DNA from: Candidatus Giovannonibacteria bacterium
Lineage (GTDB): Bacteria; Patescibacteriota; Minisyncoccia; UBA11713; 2-01-FULL-45-33
Direction: 5' to 3'
DNA: 64,000 bases
NCBI GenBank assembly: GCA_016432405.1
Contig: CP066687.1
Location: 347,040 to 411,039, forward strand
The position numbers were made by a program, and so were the translations under genes. This document shows, in pieces, positions 58,485 through 64,000 of the stretch. The notes beneath the pieces are model-generated. The model ran no database searches. It worked only from the letters and a program-made list of their open reading frames with translations, and had not been told where the DNA came from. Each line of letters opens with the position of its first letter. Within the stretch, counting starts at the first letter, position 1.

Positions 58485-59246
58485 TTTATAGAATGCCTTA
58501 TCTGGAAAGCGCATATCTACATATTCAAGCGCCTGGCGCCTCTCTCCGATTTTTTGTTCCAAAAGCAATTTAAGATCTCTCGCAGTTTTCTCCGGTGGAA
58601 GCTCTGCGGACGCCAAAATAAACCATCCTTCTTTTAAATAAATATCAATTTCGCCGAAGGAAACTCTTATCCTTTTCGGCATCACTGACATATTTTTAAG
58701 CGCGCTCGTAAAATACGTGAGGAAACCAGCTTCTTTCTCGCTTAAAATTCTATCCCCTATTTGAGCCGTGATTTTTTGGCCAAAGGAGAGCTCTGGCAGC
58801 GGACTTTCGCTGAAACGCGGAGTGCGATCTCCCAACTCGCCGGATTGCGTTATATAAAAACAGGTGTTTTCCGCCGGGCAAAAAATAAGCCACGGCAAAA
58901 TCTCCGGAAAATTTATGCTCAAACCGCGCGGAAATATTTTCTTAACCGCAGGCACGCCGAAATCTTTGTCTTTTAAAATATTTTCAATGCTCGCCGTATC
59001 CAGAAACCAAAAGCTGTTCTGCGGCAGAAAAATTTTATTTCGCGCCTCCAAATGAGATTTTATCGCGCCCCTTACGCTCTCTGCGTCCGGATAATTATAA
59101 ATTTTAATTTGAGTTACACGGAACAAGGGTATCCAAAAAAATCCCCACGAGGCGGCGAGCAGAGATAACAGAAAAAAGAAAGAAATTCCCCATCTCCTTG
59201 CTGCCGTTTTCCTCCTTTTCTGCCGATAATAATCCTGGAGGTTCAC
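58467..59246 (-). CDS. FtsQ/DivIB-like cell division protein
   Basis: Basic N-terminus, single TM, C-terminal LEYVDMRF. Confidence 0.7.
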   Translation of the reverse strand: MNLQDYYRQKRRKTAARRWGISFFFLLSLLAASWGFFWIPLFRVTQIKIYNYPDAESVRGAIKSHLEARNKIFLPQNSFWFLDTASIENILKDKDFGVPAVKKIFPRGLSINFPEILPWLIFCPAENTCFYITQSGELGDRTPRFSESPLPELSFGQKITAQIGDRILSEKEAGFLTYFTSALKNMSVMPKRIRVSFGEIDIYLKEGWFILASAELPPEKTARDLKLLLEQKIGERRQALEYVDMRFPDKAFYKLKPVD

Positions 59247-60469
59247 AAATATTTTTGCAGCGCAGCGGGGATTTTTATTTCACCGTCTGGTTCCTGATGG
59301 TTCTCCAGAAGCGCTTCCAAAATCCGCGGCGTAGCGATGGCGGTATTGTTTAATGAATGCACGAAATGAATTTTGCCGGAAGAATCCTTATATTTAATAT
59401 TTAACCGCCTTGTCTGAAAATCATGGAAATATGACGCCGAGTGCGTTTCGCGGTATCTTTTTTCTGATGGAATCCAGGCCTCAATATCGTATTTTTTGAC
59501 CTGCCCCAAGCCCAAATCGCCTCCGCAATTTATAACCACGCGGTAAGGAATTTCAAGTGCTTGCATAATCTCTTCAGAATTTTTAGTAAGCTCCTCATGC
59601 CACCTCACCGATTCCTGGTGGTCTGCGCGGCAAAGCACAACCTGCTCAACTTTAAAAAATTCGTGCACGCGGAAAAGGCCTTTCGCGTCTTTGCCGTAAC
59701 TGCCGGCCTCTCGCCGGAAACACGGTGAAAATGCGACGTATTTTTTCGGCAAATCCTCTTCTCTTAATATTTCGTCTGCATGATAGCCCATCATGGGAAC
59801 TTCGGCCGTACCGGAGAGATATAAATCGTCCTGCGTCTTATAAACGTCCTCTCCCTCCTCCGGCGTAGTCCCGCCAACCCACCCCGTGCCAATCAAATTT
59901 TCTCTTCTTACCAAAACCGGCGCTAAAAATGGCGTAAACTCTTTTTTAACCAGAACATCCAGAGTAAATTGCCAAAGCGCCATAGATAAAAGCGCCGCGT
60001 CGCCCTTCAAAAAATATCCGCGGAAGCCGGAAACTTTCGCTCCGCGCTCAAGGTCGAGCGCGTCGCGCAGCTGCATCAGGTTTAGATAATTTTTTCCGTG
60101 CTCAACTCTTATCTCTCCCCATTTGCGGATTTCTACATTTTCAGCGTCGGATTTCCCCTCCGGCACCGACGGGTCCGGGACATTTGGCACCAGTAGCATC
60201 AGCTCTTCAAACTCTTTTTCCACGGCGCCAAGTTCAAATTCTTTATGGGAGAGCTTGTCTTTTGAAATTTTTGCTTCTTCGGATGCCCCGGTAAATTTTT
60301 TATGTTCCTGCCTTAAATTATCTACCTCTTGAATCATCGCCCTCCTCTTTTCGTCAACCGCCAAAAGCCGGTCAACATCAACAATCACACGCTTCTTCCT
60401 TGCCGCTTCTTTTATTAAATCCTTATTTTCTCTGATAAATTTTATATCCAGCATAGATTCATTTTCCAT
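59243..60469 (-). CDS. serS: Seryl-tRNA synthetase
   Basis: MLDIKFIREN, GTAEVP, CFRREAG, HSLNNT. Confidence 0.97.
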   Translation of the reverse strand: MENESMLDIKFIRENKDLIKEAARKKRVIVDVDRLLAVDEKRRAMIQEVDNLRQEHKKFTGASEEAKISKDKLSHKEFELGAVEKEFEELMLLVPNVPDPSVPEGKSDAENVEIRKWGEIRVEHGKNYLNLMQLRDALDLERGAKVSGFRGYFLKGDAALLSMALWQFTLDVLVKKEFTPFLAPVLVRRENLIGTGWVGGTTPEEGEDVYKTQDDLYLSGTAEVPMMGYHADEILREEDLPKKYVAFSPCFRREAGSYGKDAKGLFRVHEFFKVEQVVLCRADHQESVRWHEELTKNSEEIMQALEIPYRVVINCGGDLGLGQVKKYDIEAWIPSEKRYRETHSASYFHDFQTRRLNIKYKDSSGKIHFVHSLNNTAIATPRILEALLENHQEPDGEIKIPAALQKYL

Positions 60470-60478
60470 AATTTCTGC

Positions 60479-60948
60479 TTATTTTACAAGATAATGCAAC
60501 TGAACAGTATCTTTATTGAGTTTTTTAATTTCAAGCAAGTCAAGTTCATACTCAAATTCCGAAGGAGCAACCACTTGAATACCTTTTCCAAATATCACCG
60601 GTTCAACATCTAAATATATTTCGTTTATAAGTTTTTCTTTCATAAAGGAGGCGTTAAGTGCGCCGCCGCCAGCCAGGAAAACGGTAGTAAAACCTTTTTC
60701 TTCCAACATCCGTAAGATTTCGTTTGGATTAGCATCAGTGATAATAACTTTATCTCCCCACTTATTCTCAATACTTTCGTGAGATACAACAACATTTAAT
60801 AAGTATTCTTCCCCATAACGATGTTCCCGGCTTTTTTGCTGTTTTCAAAAAAACCTTGCAAATCTTCCTGCGAAGTCCATTCAGAATTTCCGTCTTCCTT
60901 TGCTATATAACCATTGGGCGTAATGCCCATATAGAGTATTGTTTTCAT
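60479..60948 (-). pseudogene. DHFR/RibD-C-terminal family pseudogene (internal deletion/frameshift near 60796)
   Basis: MKTILYMGITPNGYIA...VMGKNTY* then in another frame LNVVVSH...AGGGALN...PVIFGKG. Confidence 0.8.
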
Positions 60949-60966
60949 TTTAGAATCATTGTTGAT

Positions 60967-61044
60967 TGGCGCCGTCACCGGGATTTGAACCCGGGTTACA
61001 CGGATGAGAACCGTGCGTCCTGAACCAAACTAGACGATGACGGC
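60967..61044 (-). tRNA. tRNA-Glu(CUC) with encoded CCA
   Basis: Anticodon arm CACGG-TT-CTC-AT-CCGTG. Confidence 0.93.
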
Positions 61045-61059
61045 ATGCATGCTGGGAGC

Positions 61060-62343
61060 TTATTCTTTATTCTTCCAATATTTATCTTGTCTGGCAAGTA
61101 AATTTGCCGCTTCCTCTGGATTGGCCATAAGCTCTTCGGTCACGCGCTCCATCCTCATTGACTGCGACCCTTTAACCAAGACAAGGTCGCCTCCTTTTAT
61201 TATTTTTTTAAGATGCGCCGCGGCTTCGCGCGCTTCGGAAAAACTGGCGACTTGTTCTTTCTGCATGCCCTCTGCCAAGGACTCCTCGGCGGCAAAGCGC
61301 GACCGCGGCCCCACGGTCACAAAATAATCCGCGGTCTTCGCCACTTTCTCGCCCACCGCTTTGTGGGCCACAATGGTAAATTTGCCGATTTCCAGCATAT
61401 CGCCGAAGGCCACTATTTTTCTTGAGGCCTCCAATTCTTTTAAAGTATCCAGGGCGGCATGGGTTGCCAAAGGGGATGCGTTGTAAGAATCGTCCAAAAT
61501 CATGCTATTTTTAATTCCGGGAATCAGCCGCATTCTCCCCGGAAGCGGCTCGGCCAGGGAAAGCGCCTCGGAAATTTCAATAAGATTCATCTCGTGCGCG
61601 ATGCCTGCTGCTGCGGCGGCAAGGGCCGAATAAATATAATGTTTGCCGAAAACATTTTTTAATTTGACCGGCACCGAAGCGCCTTTATATTCCATTTTAA
61701 AAGAAATGCCTGCCCCGCCGATGGCGGGGCCCTCATCTGAAATTCTATAATTGGAGGCGGTCACATCCGCGCCCCTGCCCAAGCCGAAGCTTATCACCCG
61801 AGCTCCGGTTTTTGATTTCATATCCAAAACCGCCAAATCGTCAAAATTCAAAATAGCCCAGCCGGCCGCGGGGAGAATTTTTATCAGCTTTGATTTCTCA
61901 TGGGCGACTTCTTCCGGCCCGGAAAAAAATTCAACATGCACGGGCGGCTCCCCCATAGCCGTAACTATGCCGATGTCCGGCTTTACGATATTGAGCATCT
62001 TTTCAAAATCGCGCGGGCGGTCAACACCCATCTCCAGCACTAAAATTTCCGGGAAATTTTTGCTCAAAACTTCTTTAAAACCATAAAAAACATTTTTTAT
62101 CCATCCTAAAGGGCTCCGCCAGGCGGTTTTGAGCCCCAAGACGGCGAGCGCCAGGCCAAGTTCGCTGTTGTAACTTTTTAAGCTTTTTCTCACGCGGCCC
62201 TTTCTTTCCAGCACGGCTGCAACGGCCTCTTTCGTGGAAGATTTGCCCACGGAACCGGTAATGCCTATAATTTCCGGCTTATGCCGCTTTACGGCTATCT
62301 TCGCTTCCCAAACCAATATTTTTGTTAAAATTTTCTTAATCAT
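61060..62343 (-). CDS. murF: UDP-MurNAc-tripeptide:D-Ala-D-Ala ligase
   Basis: GITGSVGKSSTKE, DDSYNASP, GDMLEIG, LVKGSQ. Confidence 0.95.
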   Translation of the reverse strand: MIKKILTKILVWEAKIAVKRHKPEIIGITGSVGKSSTKEAVAAVLERKGRVRKSLKSYNSELGLALAVLGLKTAWRSPLGWIKNVFYGFKEVLSKNFPEILVLEMGVDRPRDFEKMLNIVKPDIGIVTAMGEPPVHVEFFSGPEEVAHEKSKLIKILPAAGWAILNFDDLAVLDMKSKTGARVISFGLGRGADVTASNYRISDEGPAIGGAGISFKMEYKGASVPVKLKNVFGKHYIYSALAAAAAGIAHEMNLIEISEALSLAEPLPGRMRLIPGIKNSMILDDSYNASPLATHAALDTLKELEASRKIVAFGDMLEIGKFTIVAHKAVGEKVAKTADYFVTVGPRSRFAAEESLAEGMQKEQVASFSEAREAAAHLKKIIKGGDLVLVKGSQSMRMERVTEELMANPEEAANLLARQDKYWKNKE

Positions 62344-63983
62344 CTGTCCGGAGGTATGGTATAGTAATTTATTAAAAACTCAATCAGAGACCTGAAGGTA
62401 TCGGTCATTGATTGAGAGGCATATTTCACGCCCTGCGGGCGTTCTAAAAACATAAGAATCAAAAATCTGGGATTGTAAGCCGGGAAGTAGCCGAAAAAAG
62501 AGTGCAGAAATTCGTCGGAGTACCCCTTGCCGCCGGCGTTGGGCATCTGGGCAGTTCCCGTTTTCGCGGCAATGGAATAATGCGGCATCTTGGCCCGCCC
62601 GCCGGCCAAAGACATGTCTACCACGTCAACAAGCATTTTTGTGATTGTCTCGGAAGTTTCTTTTTTTATAACCTGGCGCTTGAATTTTGGCCCGGCTCCG
62701 TCCTTCAAATATGGCTGCATAAGCTTGCCGCCGTTTGCGACAGCCGAGAGCGCCATTGCAAGCTCAAGCGGCGTCACGGCTATTCCCTGACCGAAAGCCG
62801 CCGTGGCAAACTCAATCTCACGGCCGGATTCCAGATTGCTCAAATCGCCTTTAAGCTCGCCCGGCAGGTCCACGCCGGTTTTTTCTGCGAGTCCGAACGC
62901 GTGAAAATATTCCTTTAACTTCTCGCCGCCGACCTTTTGCATCGCAAAAACCGCGCCGGTGTTCAACGATTCTTCCAAAACCTGCGTCATGGTGCGCTCG
63001 CCGTGGGCTTTGCCGTCAAAATTTCTAATAGTTCTGCCGTTTATGGTCACCTCGCCCTTATCAATATAGGTTGTTTTTGGCCCAACCGCGCCCTGGTCTA
63101 TTGCGGCAGACATGGTAAGCGGCTTAAACACCGACCCAAGCTCAAATATTTTTTCCGCGAAAGGGTTTAAAAAAACGCCGAGATCTTTTTCTTTTTGATA
63201 TTCGTTCGGATTAAAATTGGGGACTCCGGCAAGCGCCTTTATCTCGCCGCTTTTCGGGTCAATAATTAAAATTCCCCCGCTTTTCGCTTTCCATTTGGTT
63301 TTTAATTTTGCTAATTCCGCCTCGGCAACGCGCTGAAGCGATGGCTCAACAGTCAAAACGATGTCTTCCCCCTCCGCAGCGTCTACTTTGAGCTCTTCGG
63401 TAAGCGCGATAAAAAAACCATTGGCGTCCTGGTCGCCGGCAATACTGCCTCCTGCTCCCAGCAAAGCATCGTCATAATATTTTTCAACGCCGTATTTGCC
63501 GCTCGGCTCTTCATTTGAGTCCTCTGCGGAAACAAACCCTAACGCGTGGCTGCTCAAAGCGTCCCCGGTATAATACCGCCATCTTTCTTCCTCAATGCCG
63601 ACACCCGGCAGCTTGAGCGCGGAGATTTTCTCGGCCTCTTCCCATCCTATGCGGCGCTTCAAAATTTCATAAGGGTCGTTTGTCTTTTTTATTATTTTAT
63701 AAAACAATTCTTTGTCTATTGAGGTAATGGAGTCCAGTTTACTTAAGACGCCGTCGGGGTCATCCAGCAGTTTCATGTTTAAATAAATCGTCGCCCCGAT
63801 TTTCGTCGTGGCGGCTTTTACAAGTTCCCCATCCTTTGTTTTAAAATAAATATCCCCCCGTTCCGCGGCAAGCATGCGCTTGAATCCCTGCTGATTTTTC
63901 GCAAGCTCCAGATAATAAGAGTTCCGCACAATTTGAACAAAAAAAAGCCGCCCTGCAGCAGACGCCGATAAGGCGATAATCAA
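62340..63983 (-). CDS. ftsI: Class B penicillin-binding protein (FtsI-like), 5' end outside the window
   Basis: GSVFK (SxxK), SLN, KTGTAQ. Confidence 0.9.
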   Translation of the reverse strand: MIIALSASAAGRLFFVQIVRNSYYLELAKNQQGFKRMLAAERGDIYFKTKDGELVKAATTKIGATIYLNMKLLDDPDGVLSKLDSITSIDKELFYKIIKKTNDPYEILKRRIGWEEAEKISALKLPGVGIEEERWRYYTGDALSSHALGFVSAEDSNEEPSGKYGVEKYYDDALLGAGGSIAGDQDANGFFIALTEELKVDAAEGEDIVLTVEPSLQRVAEAELAKLKTKWKAKSGGILIIDPKSGEIKALAGVPNFNPNEYQKEKDLGVFLNPFAEKIFELGSVFKPLTMSAAIDQGAVGPKTTYIDKGEVTINGRTIRNFDGKAHGERTMTQVLEESLNTGAVFAMQKVGGEKLKEYFHAFGLAEKTGVDLPGELKGDLSNLESGREIEFATAAFGQGIAVTPLELAMALSAVANGGKLMQPYLKDGAGPKFKRQVIKKETSETITKMLVDVVDMSLAGGRAKMPHYSIAAKTGTAQMPNAGGKGYSDEFLHSFFGYFPAYNPRFLILMFLERPQGVKYASQSMTDTFRSLIEFLINYYTIPPDR

Positions 63984-64000
63984 AAAAACCAGGAGAATCA

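Overview
64 kb of a Patescibacteria/CPR (Parcubacteria-like) chromosome. The assignment is inferred from compact, often shortened housekeeping proteins, a stand-alone 16S rRNA carrying a group I intron, PaaX-like paralogs and a VirB4-like ATPase. The core content is alaS, the infA-rpmJ-rpsMKD-rpoA-rplQ-rplM-rpsI block, CIRCE-hrcA-grpE-dnaK-dnaJ, aspS, scpAB, mraY-ftsW-murG, gltX, cysS-dnaB-recR, def-fmt, dnaX, serS, murF-ftsI and tRNAs (Lys, Ala, Ile, Gln, Glu). Five features are not explained by standard annotation. (1) Three PaaX-like (wHTH plus Cas2-like) genes are each bracketed by a pair of paralog-specific 34-bp 14+6+14 palindromic sites with a CGATCG-type core. (2) An intact tRNA-Ile(GAU) lies inside the anticodon of a second, fully base-paired tRNA-Ile. 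(3) An inverted-repeat-bounded promoter-SD-small ORF-terminator cassette occurs once inside the 16S intron and once intergenically with a different cargo ORF. (4) The 16S has no anti-Shine-Dalgarno tail, yet about 11 accessory/orphan genes carry strong SDs, while the housekeeping leaders checked do not. (5) Families of 'palindrome-of-palindrome' and heptamer repeats are inserted in frame into essential proteins. All calls are by eye from sequence and motifs; no database searches were run.
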